Shown piece by piece: positions 27,611 to 36,267 of a DNA stretch of 64,000 nucleotides. A program made the position numbers and the translations under genes. The stretch is from Leptolyngbyaceae cyanobacterium (GTDB taxonomy: Bacteria; Cyanobacteriota; Cyanobacteriia; Phormidesmidales; Phormidesmidaceae): positions 98,554 through 162,553 of the forward strand of contig CBDHHL010000046.1 in assembly GCA_965263355.1 (NCBI GenBank), in the 5' to 3' direction. Position 1 is the first letter of the stretch; every line of letters begins with the position of its first letter. The notes beneath the pieces are model-generated. The model ran no database searches, was not told the DNA's origin, and saw only the letters and a program-made list of their open reading frames with translations.

Positions 27611-27989
27611 ATGTGGGAGATTCCGCTCTTCGCTTTCTTCGCTCACGAGCAGCCCTAGCAGCCTTTCCAGCCCCGGCCACCCCGCTAACAATAGCCATTC
27701 CTTGAGCTCCTGAATGACCAGCAATCCCTATTTGCCTATCAAGTGCGTTGTGGCCCACAGACATACCCAAAACAGAGCTACCAGCCCCATACAAGGCTCC
27801 ATCGGATATATCTTGGACAAGTTCTGCATACGTTCTATCCTTGCTGTAACCACCCATACCGCCCGCCATACCTCCACCAAGTGCTGAAGCGTTAAAGGTT
27901 GTTGTCCACGGATGATATTTGGCCATGTTGACTAAATTTTTAGCCTTGGCTTTAGCCCATGCCCGTACCAAATCTGCTGCTGATTTCAC
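27600..27989 (-). CDS. K-x-A-tag glycine-zipper protein (start reassigned to GTG 27989), paralog of 16150
   Basis: MKSAADLVRAWAKAKA; DRTYAELVQD versus DRTPVELLRD. Confidence 0.65.
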   Translation of the reverse strand: MKSAADLVRAWAKAKAKNLVNMAKYHPWTTTFNASALGGGMAGGMGGYSKDRTYAELVQDISDGALYGAGSSVLGMSVGHNALDRQIGIAGHSGAQGMAIVSGVAGAGKAARAARERRKRRAESPTSNP

Positions 27990-28067
27990 CGCAATAAGGT
28001 AACATGAGACTAACCTTGTCGCTAAATAGCCCCACAATCGACACGTAAAGATGCTAAATATGGCTAG

Positions 28068-28712
28068 GTGACCTATCAACAGAAACAAACCACAAGAAAC
28101 AATTTCAAAATCGGAGTATTGGTAGACCAATATCAGTACTACTCCTTCAACTCTATCTGGTCTAAAGACAAAATAATCGACTTTTTTGTCAGAGACCTCC
28201 CACCAGGCTGTATCGTGGAAGATCTTGTTGAGGCTAGCCTCAACGTCTATTGTCAATTTTATAGCCTCAACTGTGTCATCAAAGAGGTTCATACTACTTT
28301 CAATAAAGAAACAGGTGAGATTGACTACAGAGTCAAGGCTCTCGTCCCAGAAAACGCACCCCGGATAACCTCCGAGATCTACGCTAGACTAGAAGCATGG
28401 AAACCGAACATTCAAGGCTTGCAATGGGACAAGGCATTCCAAGTTTACAAAGTGGTTTGGTTTGTAGCGCCAGACACAGGTTTTCTCAGCAAGACTACGG
28501 TAGTTTGTGTCTCTGCAAGCTCTAAGGAAAGAGCCATTAAACTGGCTCAAGGAAGCGTATCCGAGGACCAGGAACCGCACAGAGTGAGTCTATGTCCCTG
28601 CTCAGAGGAACAAGGACTAGAAAAGGTCTTGAGTAAAAGCTATACAAGCCACACAGAGAACAAACTAAATGACAAAGAATGGCTAAATACCGAATTTGGG
28701 CAAGAGATATAA
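28068..28712 (+). CDS. Hypothetical protein
   Basis: 214-aa ORF. Confidence 0.6.
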   Translation: MTYQQKQTTRNNFKIGVLVDQYQYYSFNSIWSKDKIIDFFVRDLPPGCIVEDLVEASLNVYCQFYSLNCVIKEVHTTFNKETGEIDYRVKALVPENAPRITSEIYARLEAWKPNIQGLQWDKAFQVYKVVWFVAPDTGFLSKTTVVCVSASSKERAIKLAQGSVSEDQEPHRVSLCPCSEEQGLEKVLSKSYTSHTENKLNDKEWLNTEFGQEI

Positions 28713-28758
28713 GTAATCACAACCAACCTAAGACAACCGTGAGTCAATTAGGTTACAC

Positions 28759-29235
28759 GTGAGCAGGTCCATTGCCATCCCCAAACCCCTCTGGTATCCA
28801 ATCTCCAAAATGAACATCCAAGAGTCTAGACAATTTACCCAACTATGGGAGTATCTAGTACGCAGTATTACGCCCGACTTGGCCGAAGTTGAGACTAGAG
28901 TAACGGCGTTTGGTCGCGAATGTGCCGAAGCCAAAAAAGTAGTTGGCTTTGAAGAGTTAGCAACTTGGCTGGAATCAGCAATTTGGAAGGGGCGAACGGA
29001 AGTCACAGAGATTCGAGAAATGGTAAGAAATTTTGGGGAATCCTGTGCCGGCCCAGAAAACGTGGCCAGGGAATTTTTAAAAGAGCATAACTTAGTACAC
29101 GATGAAACCGAATTAAAATTTGAGGTTGAAATGATTCTACTGCTTGGAAAAAATAAGGAGACCGCTAAAGCCATTAAGATTCTACAAGAAGCTAAGAATG
29201 CTTCTTGGCTACGTGGGTACAGGGATGCTGACTGA
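28759..29235 (+). CDS. Hypothetical protein
   Basis: 158-aa ORF. Confidence 0.6.
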   Translation: MSRSIAIPKPLWYPISKMNIQESRQFTQLWEYLVRSITPDLAEVETRVTAFGRECAEAKKVVGFEELATWLESAIWKGRTEVTEIREMVRNFGESCAGPENVAREFLKEHNLVHDETELKFEVEMILLLGKNKETAKAIKILQEAKNASWLRGYRDAD

Positions 29236-29566
29236 AATGATTAAGTTAACTGATAAGAAGGTCACATTAAGCCTAAACATTAAAAATATGTATGTGGTTA
29301 TCAGCCACAAACATTTCCAAATAGCTAAAATTACAGATGCCCAAACGCTCGAGTCTTTCAGCCGAGAAGCTTGGACCCCCTTGGATGATTTTAGCAGGTC
29401 TAGGTCAAATAAGATGGATTTCGACATACAATTTACTATCCGTGTAGCTGTTGACAACTACCCATTTTTACTCGAGCAAGCCCAGGATATGCCAATATCT
29501 CTTTTTCGGGATCAGCCTAAAATATTTCTTCGCTTAGTTTGGGAACGCTTGTTACATTTTGAATGA
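29225..29566 (+). CDS. Hypothetical protein
   Basis: Overlaps the upstream stop; start uncertain. Confidence 0.55.
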   Translation: MLTEMIKLTDKKVTLSLNIKNMYVVISHKHFQIAKITDAQTLESFSREAWTPLDDFSRSRSNKMDFDIQFTIRVAVDNYPFLLEQAQDMPISLFRDQPKIFLRLVWERLLHFE

Positions 29567-29588
29567 TCAAAATCCAGATAATTGGGCA

Positions 29589-29617
29589 TGAAATCTTTCC
29601 CGTTTTATGGGTATAAG
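29589..29617 (+). promoter_or_regulatory. Class-A promoter TGAAA-N19-ATAAG
   Basis: Exact match; ATG 7 nt downstream. Confidence 0.8.
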
Positions 29618-29624
29618 AGAAGTA

Positions 29625-30101
29625 ATGTCTACTACAACAATACCCCGTTCAGTATTTAAAGATTTCTATGCCGCTTGGTATAGCAAAGAAACGGTCCCAT
29701 ACGGGACCTCATACCATTTAAAAGGCGATAAGTATACCTCCATCATGGTTCAACTCCATGATGGACTCCCTTCCAACGAAGTGTTCGAGCTCACACACGA
29801 TATAGTCGCTGAAGCAGCTTTTAGTGAGTTAAAAGAGCTAAACTTAGACGACATATTGGACCTCAGGGTAGAAAGTTTGATGCCCTATCACAAACAACTA
29901 GCATGGATCGGCACGGCCCAAAACTACGAATACATAAATGAAGAATTAGAAGAATGGCCAAAAGAGGATTACTTAGGAAGGCCTCTCCCGAACCCTACAT
30001 TCTTTGTCCTCCTCGACAGAGGAATGCAAAGACATATCGATGAGCTCAAACGGAGGCTGTTTGAGGCACTCATCCCATTAAATCAGAACCCACTCTTTTA
30101 A
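29625..30101 (+). CDS. Hypothetical protein (leaderless; start reassigned)
   Basis: MSTTTIPRSVF... Confidence 0.7.
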   Translation: MSTTTIPRSVFKDFYAAWYSKETVPYGTSYHLKGDKYTSIMVQLHDGLPSNEVFELTHDIVAEAAFSELKELNLDDILDLRVESLMPYHKQLAWIGTAQNYEYINEELEEWPKEDYLGRPLPNPTFFVLLDRGMQRHIDELKRRLFEALIPLNQNPLF

Positions 30102-30127
30102 AATATGACACCTAAAACTGGGATAAG
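30099..30127 (+). promoter_or_regulatory. Class-A promoter variant TAAAA-N19-ATAAG
   Basis: GTG 6 nt downstream. Confidence 0.65.
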
Positions 30128-30133
30128 TAATAT

Positions 30134-30463
30134 GTGGAAGTTATATATTTCGCAAATGACGACAAGCCCTTCAGCCCTCCCCTGACCTACAAAAGTGTAG
30201 CAAATGATATGCTGCTGTCGGAAGAAAAGATAGATGACCTCCCCAAAAAGGAGGCACCAATCGTCTTTTGCTGGGCAGAGGAGGAGGAGAACGTCGCGAA
30301 TGACGACGGCTGTTTGTCTTGGGAAGAAGAAGAGGCAATGTATCTCGAAAGTATTTCCGAGGAGGCATCCATCTGGCTAAAAGCTAGAAAGCATCGTAGG
30401 TGTGCTCTACGTTGGGTCGTATTGTTCATCCTAGTATTGCTTTTCGTCGCGCTCCTCTCTTAA
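30134..30463 (+). CDS. Acidic protein with a C-terminal TM anchor
   Basis: E/D-rich with a hydrophobic C-terminus. Confidence 0.7.
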   Translation: MEVIYFANDDKPFSPPLTYKSVANDMLLSEEKIDDLPKKEAPIVFCWAEEEENVANDDGCLSWEEEEAMYLESISEEASIWLKARKHRRCALRWVVLFILVLLFVALLS

Positions 30464-30469
30464 GGAGTT

Positions 30470-30505
30470 AAGAAACCGGACTTTACATCCGTCTTTCTTT
30501 TAGCC
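30470..30505 (+). terminator. Hairpin plus TTTTAGCC
   Basis: AAGAAA.CGGA/TCCG..TTTCTT stem. Confidence 0.65.
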
Positions 30506-30519
30506 AGCTATTGAATAAC

Positions 30520-31041
30520 TCAGTGTTCAATAGCCTCTAAAATCTTACCTATATTTTCACTAAGAACTACTCGCTCAACTGAAGAAAAAGGAATAGAGTT
30601 CAGTCTCCTATTCATTTCATCCTCATCTGTAATATAACCAGCAAGAGAAACGCCTGCTCGTTTTAACTTATTAATAATACCCGCAACCATTTCTTCTTCT
30701 TCTTTTTGAGTCATGGCTTGACGCCCACCCAAGGCAGCAACACCTGCACTACCTAAGGCGCCGAGTCCTGCCCCTAACAACGCATTTCTACCAAGATGGT
30801 TTAAGTTTTTGGTACCTAGAATGCCTGTTAAAAGTCCTGTAGTAGAACCTAAAAGCCCTGAAGTGGCTCCAATGGCTGTTGCTTGTGTTAAGGTTTTGGG
30901 ATAATCATCTCGGGCTGTTCTTTTAGCTAATTGGCCAGAGAGGTACATAGACGCAGGTACTGAAGAAGCGGCTAAGAGTGTTTGTAACCCAGGATTTGCC
31001 GTCTTTTCCCAATGATGCACTAAGTCTTTAGCTGAGATCAT
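30520..31041 (-). CDS. WEKTA-family glycine-zipper protein
   Basis: MISAKDLVHHWEKTA; ARDD.P; RNALLGAGLGALG; TAAAAT-N7-ATG upstream. Confidence 0.8.
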   Translation of the reverse strand: MISAKDLVHHWEKTANPGLQTLLAASSVPASMYLSGQLAKRTARDDYPKTLTQATAIGATSGLLGSTTGLLTGILGTKNLNHLGRNALLGAGLGALGSAGVAALGGRQAMTQKEEEEMVAGIINKLKRAGVSLAGYITDEDEMNRRLNSIPFSSVERVVLSENIGKILEAIEH

Positions 31042-31091
31042 ACCCGGGATTTTAAACCCAAGCATAGCAACTCGGGAACCTGGCTTACTAT

Positions 31092-31622
31092 TTAGTCTTC
31101 AAGAGCTGTAAAAACCTCCTCTAAATTAGATGAGAGTATATTCCGTTCTAGTTGAGAAAGGCCTAATGAGCTCAAACGACGATTCATTTCATCTTGATCT
31201 TGAAGATACCCGGACAAAGAAATGCCAGCGCCTTTTAACTTTGCAAGAAGCTTATCCATGGACTCTTGTCTCTCGGATAAAGTTGGTGTGAATCGACCAG
31301 CCAAAGCTCCTAGACCAGCACCCGTCAAAGTACCCAAGGCTGAGCCTAAGAGCATATTTCTTCCAGGGTTAGGAGAATTAGCGGAAGCCAGAAACCCCGC
31401 TGTAGCGCCTGTGGTAGCACCTAAAAGACCTGAGTAGCGTCCAAGGCCTTTTGCGATTCTTCTCGTTTCTGGGTCGTCGTCTCGAGCCATTCTTTGAGCT
31501 ACATGGCCGGATAGGTATGAGGAAGCAGGCATAAGAGCAAGGGAGCCCAACATCTGCTTTACGCCAAGTGAGTCATTGGCGGTCTTTTCCCAGTGACTCA
31601 CCAACTCTCTAGCTGAAATCAT
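31092..31622 (-). CDS. WEKTA-family glycine-zipper protein (tandem paralog)
   Basis: MISARELVSHWEKTA; DEMNRRL shared with 30520; TAAAAT-N6-ATG upstream. Confidence 0.8.
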   Translation of the reverse strand: MISARELVSHWEKTANDSLGVKQMLGSLALMPASSYLSGHVAQRMARDDDPETRRIAKGLGRYSGLLGATTGATAGFLASANSPNPGRNMLLGSALGTLTGAGLGALAGRFTPTLSERQESMDKLLAKLKGAGISLSGYLQDQDEMNRRLSSLGLSQLERNILSSNLEEVFTALED

Positions 31623-31628
31623 GCTGAG

Positions 31629-31634
31629 ATTTTA
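31629..31634 (-). promoter_or_regulatory. Class-B -10-like element TAAAAT-N6-ATG (leaderless)
   Basis: TAAAATCTCAGCATG, identical at 34045-34059. Confidence 0.6.
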
Positions 31635-31691
31635 ACCTTTAAGAGCCAGACTAAAAACAGACAAAAGGGGCTACTCATGGGAAGATAGCCC

Positions 31692-31910
31692 ATGGAATTG
31701 TTTTTCGTATGCTACCTGATATCTTTTCTTTTCGTCATAACAACAGGCTTATCACTTTGGAAGGAAGAGTTGAATATTTATAATATTCATATTTTTCTTC
31801 TCATGTTTCTGTCTTGGGTTTGTTTCGGAATTTGTACTGTTTTTATTTTTTTGTATTTGCTTCTCTCCTTAGTACTCGACGTCATTCTTCCGCTTATCTG
31901 CGTTTGTTAA
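31692..31910 (+). CDS. Small hydrophobic two-TM protein
   Basis: 72 aa, almost entirely hydrophobic. Confidence 0.5.
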   Translation: MELFFVCYLISFLFVITTGLSLWKEELNIYNIHIFLLMFLSWVCFGICTVFIFLYLLLSLVLDVILPLICVC

Positions 31911-31934
31911 CCCAAATAACGCGTTAAAAAATAA

Positions 31935-31970
31935 TTTTGCTTAACTGTCACTTTAAAAAAAATTTTTTAA
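31935..31970. repeat. AT-rich TGTCACTTTAAAAAA element, copy 1
   Basis: Near-identical to 38258-38293. Confidence 0.65.
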
Positions 31971-31984
31971 ATAAAATAAACAGC

Positions 31985-32407
31985 ATGAACAACACTCATT
32001 ACGATCTTTTAGAGCTCCTAACGCACGTGTGTTACGTACGTTTCTATCGAGGGAGCACAAGGCATTTAGCTCAAGATGTTCTTGATCACGAACACACGCA
32101 TAAACTAGCGTGTAAAGCCATGTGTGAGGCTTATCTCTCAGCAAGAGAGCAAGGTGTTTTGGCGATGTCTACTGTATGTGAGTCCATTCACCAAGCCTGG
32201 AAGATTTCTTTGAAAGAAAGAGAGGCAGATTTAAATGAATTAAAAACCCCTCTTTTTGTTCCTTATGACGACCTGGTTTTTGAAATAAAAAACCAGGATG
32301 TCTACTTTGTGAGATTCTGCGAGGCCCTTGTAGATTTATTACAGCATGAGCTGCATACAATCAAACCTCCGCTTAAAGTAGAAAAATTGGAAAGAATAGA
32401 CTTCTAA
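31985..32407 (+). CDS. Hypothetical protein
   Basis: ORF from ATG 31985. Confidence 0.65.
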   Translation: MNNTHYDLLELLTHVCYVRFYRGSTRHLAQDVLDHEHTHKLACKAMCEAYLSAREQGVLAMSTVCESIHQAWKISLKEREADLNELKTPLFVPYDDLVFEIKNQDVYFVRFCEALVDLLQHELHTIKPPLKVEKLERIDF

Positions 32408-32449
32408 ATCGCAAGATTTTTGGGCCAACCACGCAGATGAGTTTGGAAA

Positions 32450-33388
32450 ATGATTAAAAGAAAACCGATTATTCACGAGGTGGAAAGTTCTTCCGGCCGT
32501 TGGGAGGCTATTTTTTCTAGAAAGAAGAAAGCAGAATTATTACCCAACGACAATTTTCAAGAGGGTGACTTTGTTAATTTTATAGATCTTGAATCCGAAA
32601 ATAAAATTTGGGTCTCAGCAAAAATCACCCATGTTGATCGAAGTTGCTTATCAGACCTCAGCTTAGTGTCTATTGAGACTCTAAACTACATGTTGCCACT
32701 ACTCCCTCCAATAGATGAGACGCCTCGTTTCTACACATGTAAGGAGGGAGAGGTATTTTTAGACTCTTCAGAGCTCTATAAGGTTGATCATGAAAATCAA
32801 AGCGTAGTTAAGGAAGAAACCTTTACTGGGATCTCTTCAGAAGGTCCTATATTTTTAGTAATTGCTGAAGGAACTTCTTTGACCTTTTATAGGTCAGATG
32901 CAATAGTTGTTAGTCCTGATAAAAAACTGACAATAAGTATTTACCAACTTGTTCAAGGTTGGGGGATAAAGGTTACTGATCCCATCATTTTGGATTATTT
33001 TAAAAAAGTAAAGCAAAAGCAGGAACAATTTAGAAAAACTCCAGCAATAGGATTATATTATAATGGGTCTGAAGGAGTGCCCATTCAATTTAAAAATGTT
33101 GGTTTCTTTTACGAAAATGCCTCTAGAATCATAGTAAATAACGGATGGACAGATACAAAAATATCGAAAGATCAACTTATTGGTTTATTTGTGTATGGGC
33201 AGCCCAAAGTTTTTCGTGTTGGTGATATTTCTGAAGTTATACAAACTGAACACGGTTGGTTTGTGTCCTTTACAGCTTCTTCAGCTTTAGATGTAAAGGA
33301 AGTTAATGATTTTTCTGTTGCGTTGAAGCAGGTTGGTCTGGTTGGGGGCTATGAGTCTCTCAGCCTCTGCGAGCTTGTAACGGTCTAA
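32450..33388 (+). CDS. Degenerate ASCH/DUF3850-like protein, paralog of 26819
   Basis: RKPIIHE...KKKAEL..ND.FQEGD...AKITHV. Confidence 0.65.
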   Translation: MIKRKPIIHEVESSSGRWEAIFSRKKKAELLPNDNFQEGDFVNFIDLESENKIWVSAKITHVDRSCLSDLSLVSIETLNYMLPLLPPIDETPRFYTCKEGEVFLDSSELYKVDHENQSVVKEETFTGISSEGPIFLVIAEGTSLTFYRSDAIVVSPDKKLTISIYQLVQGWGIKVTDPIILDYFKKVKQKQEQFRKTPAIGLYYNGSEGVPIQFKNVGFFYENASRIIVNNGWTDTKISKDQLIGLFVYGQPKVFRVGDISEVIQTEHGWFVSFTASSALDVKEVNDFSVALKQVGLVGGYESLSLCELVTV

Positions 33389-33516
33389 ACCTCGCTCTCC
33401 TTGGTAAGCTACTGTAGAAGGCCAGCTACGGTCCTGTACGACGATTTGGCCAGCCTGAAGGGCGGGGAGGACTTTGGTCTGTACATGTTGTAGTCGATCC
33501 TCGTATTGAAAGAAGG

Positions 33517-34047
33517 CTATTCAGATTCTTTTTCTAGGAAAGATAAGAAATAAGTTTCCTTTGCAGATAATCCTGAATCTCGGTTTATCTGATGTTTTTC
33601 TTCCATTGGAATTTCTTGGCTGAGATAATAATCTAAAGAAACACCAGCATCGATTAATTTTTGTTTGGCGTTTTCTGTGGTCTGGTTAATTTCTTCTTTT
33701 GTTGGTGTGTAGTGTCCCTTTAAAGCAGCAAGCCCCATGCCGCCTAAGGCGCCTAGGCCTGCACCTAAGAGCGTATTTCTTGGTACGTGCCTTGGATTCT
33801 GAGTGGGGAATGCGCCTGTCATAGCCCCTAAGGAAGCGCTCATTAGGCCTGACATGGCTCCTGTTCTGGTAGCAGACCTCAAGGTGTACGGCTCATCATC
33901 TCGGGTAAAAGCTCTTGCTACTTGGCCAGAGATGATTGCTGAGGCTGGGATGGTCAAAGCAGCAAGATAAGGTGCAGGTACATTTTCTAGGCCTTGAAAA
34001 GCTGCTGTTTTTTCCCAGTGATTTACTAAATCTTTAGCTGAAATCAT
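33517..34047 (-). CDS. WEKTA-family glycine-zipper protein
   Basis: MISAKDLVNHWEKTA; TRDDEP; RNTLLGAGLGALGG. Confidence 0.8.
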   Translation of the reverse strand: MISAKDLVNHWEKTAAFQGLENVPAPYLAALTIPASAIISGQVARAFTRDDEPYTLRSATRTGAMSGLMSASLGAMTGAFPTQNPRHVPRNTLLGAGLGALGGMGLAALKGHYTPTKEEINQTTENAKQKLIDAGVSLDYYLSQEIPMEEKHQINRDSGLSAKETYFLSFLEKESE

Positions 34048-34104
34048 GCTGAGATTTTAGCCCCTAAGAACTAAACTGAAAAATTTTTCACAATGAACCT
34101 AACC

Positions 34105-34488
34105 TCAAATCGATGAATACCTTTCAAGCAACATGTCGAAAAAGGCTTCAATGGACTCTTTTTGCTCCTCGGGAATAGGATTCTGTTCTGTGCCTTTGCA
34201 CCTCCAATCAGTTTCTATTTGTATTCTGTTTTGTTCTCCCAAAGCAGATAAAACCAAAGTAAGGGTATAATAGCTGCCTAATGAGGGTGCTGTTAACTCA
34301 ACGGTCTTTATTGTGGCTTCCCTATGAATGAAGACCTGCTCTTGAGTTTTTTCATTACAAATTCGAAAGTGGTTTTCATATGGTCTGTAAATGTCCACGG
34401 ACCAAGAATATTCACAAAATGTGTCATTTGTTTTCCGGCTATTAAACACTTGGGTGAAGTCAAAGGGCTTGTAACAATTCCATGACAC
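34105..34488 (-). CDS. Hypothetical protein, paralog of 39498
   Basis: LTLVLS...IQIETDWRC...SIEAFF. Confidence 0.65.
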   Translation of the reverse strand: MSWNCYKPFDFTQVFNSRKTNDTFCEYSWSVDIYRPYENHFRICNEKTQEQVFIHREATIKTVELTAPSLGSYYTLTLVLSALGEQNRIQIETDWRCKGTEQNPIPEEQKESIEAFFDMLLERYSSI

Positions 34489-34510
34489 AGTAGCCTTTCA
34501 ACAAAAAAGA

Positions 34511-34921
34511 GTGAAGGCTATGTGCATGACACAGAACATCCTAATTGGTGAAGCGGTGCTCGATATTAATGTCGAGCGACTAGAAGCGCGATATATTGTT
34601 GAGCCCATGGACGGAAGGGCCTTAGGGGCCCCCATTAACAGCAGACCAGATTACAGTAATCAAATACTGCCTCCTTATCTGACGTGGGCTAATTTTTGTA
34701 AGGAAGCCGAACTGGACTTCAGTGAGGCTATGAAGAAGGGTATAAAAAGATTAAGTAAGGTAGATCTAATAAAATTCAAAGATGTCGATCGACGTAAATT
34801 CACAAGAGCGACCTGGGATAAGGCTCGTCTGAATTACCTGATTTTTTGGACGGGGTGGGCTCTTGAGCACTGCAACCATCCAGCTATCTGCTTTCGTGAT
34901 GTCAATGAAGCCTCAACCTAG
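34511..34921 (+). CDS. Hypothetical protein
   Basis: PINSRPDY...WTGWALEHCNHPAI. Confidence 0.7.
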   Translation: MKAMCMTQNILIGEAVLDINVERLEARYIVEPMDGRALGAPINSRPDYSNQILPPYLTWANFCKEAELDFSEAMKKGIKRLSKVDLIKFKDVDRRKFTRATWDKARLNYLIFWTGWALEHCNHPAICFRDVNEAST

Positions 34922-35006
34922 GCGCAATAGCTTAGGAGAATTCTATCTTTCTTAATTGCTGACTCAGATCCCGCCCATTTGAGATTTGCGCACTTTTTAA
35001 ACCCAT

Positions 35007-35035
35007 TGAAATATCCCAGAAAAACGTGGGATAAG
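35007..35035 (+). promoter_or_regulatory. Class-A promoter TGAAA-N19-ATAAG
   Basis: Exact match. Confidence 0.8.
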
Positions 35036-35044
35036 AGTATTAAT

Positions 35045-35362
35045 GTGTTTATAGAGGTAACCCAAGAAACCACAGAACTTTTCTGCCCTTTAACGGGTGG
35101 GCACTTCCCCATCTCTAAAGAGGGTCAAGAGATTCTGAGGAAAAGGGATGACGGAGAAGAGATAGGCGTGAGAGTCTGTCTTTTCATAAACCCACTCACA
35201 CACCAATATCGGGAACTTCATCTAACAGGTGAAGAGTATCAACAGTTTGAAAAGGGGTTTCAAAAGGCAAAGAGGGGTAGGAATGTGCTTATTACATTTC
35301 TTTGCGTGATTCCAATTTTGTTGTGGCTGATCGCCGCTATAGATACGTGTAGCAGCATTTGA
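35045..35362 (+). CDS. C-terminal TM protein, paralog of 45746 (start reassigned to GTG 35045)
   Basis: FPISKEGQEIL versus FHISQEGQEIL. Confidence 0.7.
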   Translation: MFIEVTQETTELFCPLTGGHFPISKEGQEILRKRDDGEEIGVRVCLFINPLTHQYRELHLTGEEYQQFEKGFQKAKRGRNVLITFLCVIPILLWLIAAIDTCSSI

Positions 35363-35372
35363 AAGGTAAAAG

Positions 35373-36068
35373 ATGTTTACTAAAAAATTAATTCAACAGT
35401 TCATCCACAGTGGTTGTCAACACGACCACTCAACTTCACGCTTCGAACGAAAAATAATCGACCAGATTCTAGATTCTGCTCTCTCCCTTGAAGGGAACAC
35501 GGTAGACCTAAAAGAGGTGGACACAGAACCGGATACATACTGGAACGAATTATTAGAGTGGTTCTCTGAAGAAAATGAGAGCTCTGGGTACATGAATGAA
35601 GTTCTTGAACAAGGTACCTGCAAAGACGTGTTCGAGCTGTTTCAAGCAGGCCAAAGTCTGCATCACGCCGCTGTAAAAGATGCATTGGTTGAGGCTCTCG
35701 AAAATTTTGAACAACAAAAAGAAGAAGAAGAAGAAGAAGAAGAAGAGCTAGACCACACGCTTAAAGCGATCGAGGAATTAGAAGTTCTAACAAAAGTCAA
35801 AGACCTACCAACGATGTTTTGTAGACGTTTCTTCTACATAATCTCGCTAGGAAACTTAATGATACTTTTGAAACCAAATAACGTATCTGAATTGTGGATT
35901 GACGACACATCCTGGGTGAAGTCTGAGTGGAATAGAGAAGAAGACCCGTCCGTCCTTCAGGCCATCTACCCACTTGTGAAAAAGGCCTTGGTCGTTATGA
36001 CTCCGGATGAACTTGGAAACAACAAAATAACAGAGCTGTGGGCGAGGCTCAATAAGTTCACCAAATAA
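35373..36068 (+). CDS. Acidic protein, possibly with an Ocr-like DNA-mimic N-terminus
   Basis: EVDTEPDTYWNELLEWF...YMNEVLEQG; poly-Glu linker. Confidence 0.55.
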   Translation: MFTKKLIQQFIHSGCQHDHSTSRFERKIIDQILDSALSLEGNTVDLKEVDTEPDTYWNELLEWFSEENESSGYMNEVLEQGTCKDVFELFQAGQSLHHAAVKDALVEALENFEQQKEEEEEEEEELDHTLKAIEELEVLTKVKDLPTMFCRRFFYIISLGNLMILLKPNNVSELWIDDTSWVKSEWNREEDPSVLQAIYPLVKKALVVMTPDELGNNKITELWARLNKFTK

Positions 36069-36196
36069 TCGGAACTCGAATCACAATTTCGTGGTACCTA
36101 CACTTCGTGGGACTCTTGATCGGGTGCGCTATTGGGCCCTTTGTCGGCATAGGAGTATTCAAGGTCAAGCAGTTCCTGAAGTGTAGGAAGTGACCT

Positions 36197-36231
36197 AAGA
36201 AGGGATGTTCTCGTCCCTTCTTTTTAGCTAG
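36197..36231 (+). terminator. Hairpin plus TTTTAGCTAG
   Basis: AAGAAGGGATG/CGTCCCTTCTT stem. Confidence 0.85.
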
Positions 36232-36267
36232 CTTCTCCCATTTACCTGAAGAGTTCATAATGACTGC

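Noticed and set aside
27990..28292. N-terminal extension of ORF 27600..28292
   Set aside because: It overlaps the plus-strand gene 28068..28712, and the family tag begins at GTG 27989.
35721..35747. (GAA)n repeat, along with the (CTA)n repeat near 58795 and the (GTT)n repeat near 47385
   Set aside because: Simple coding repeats (poly-Glu, poly-Leu signal peptide, poly-Thr), not arrays.
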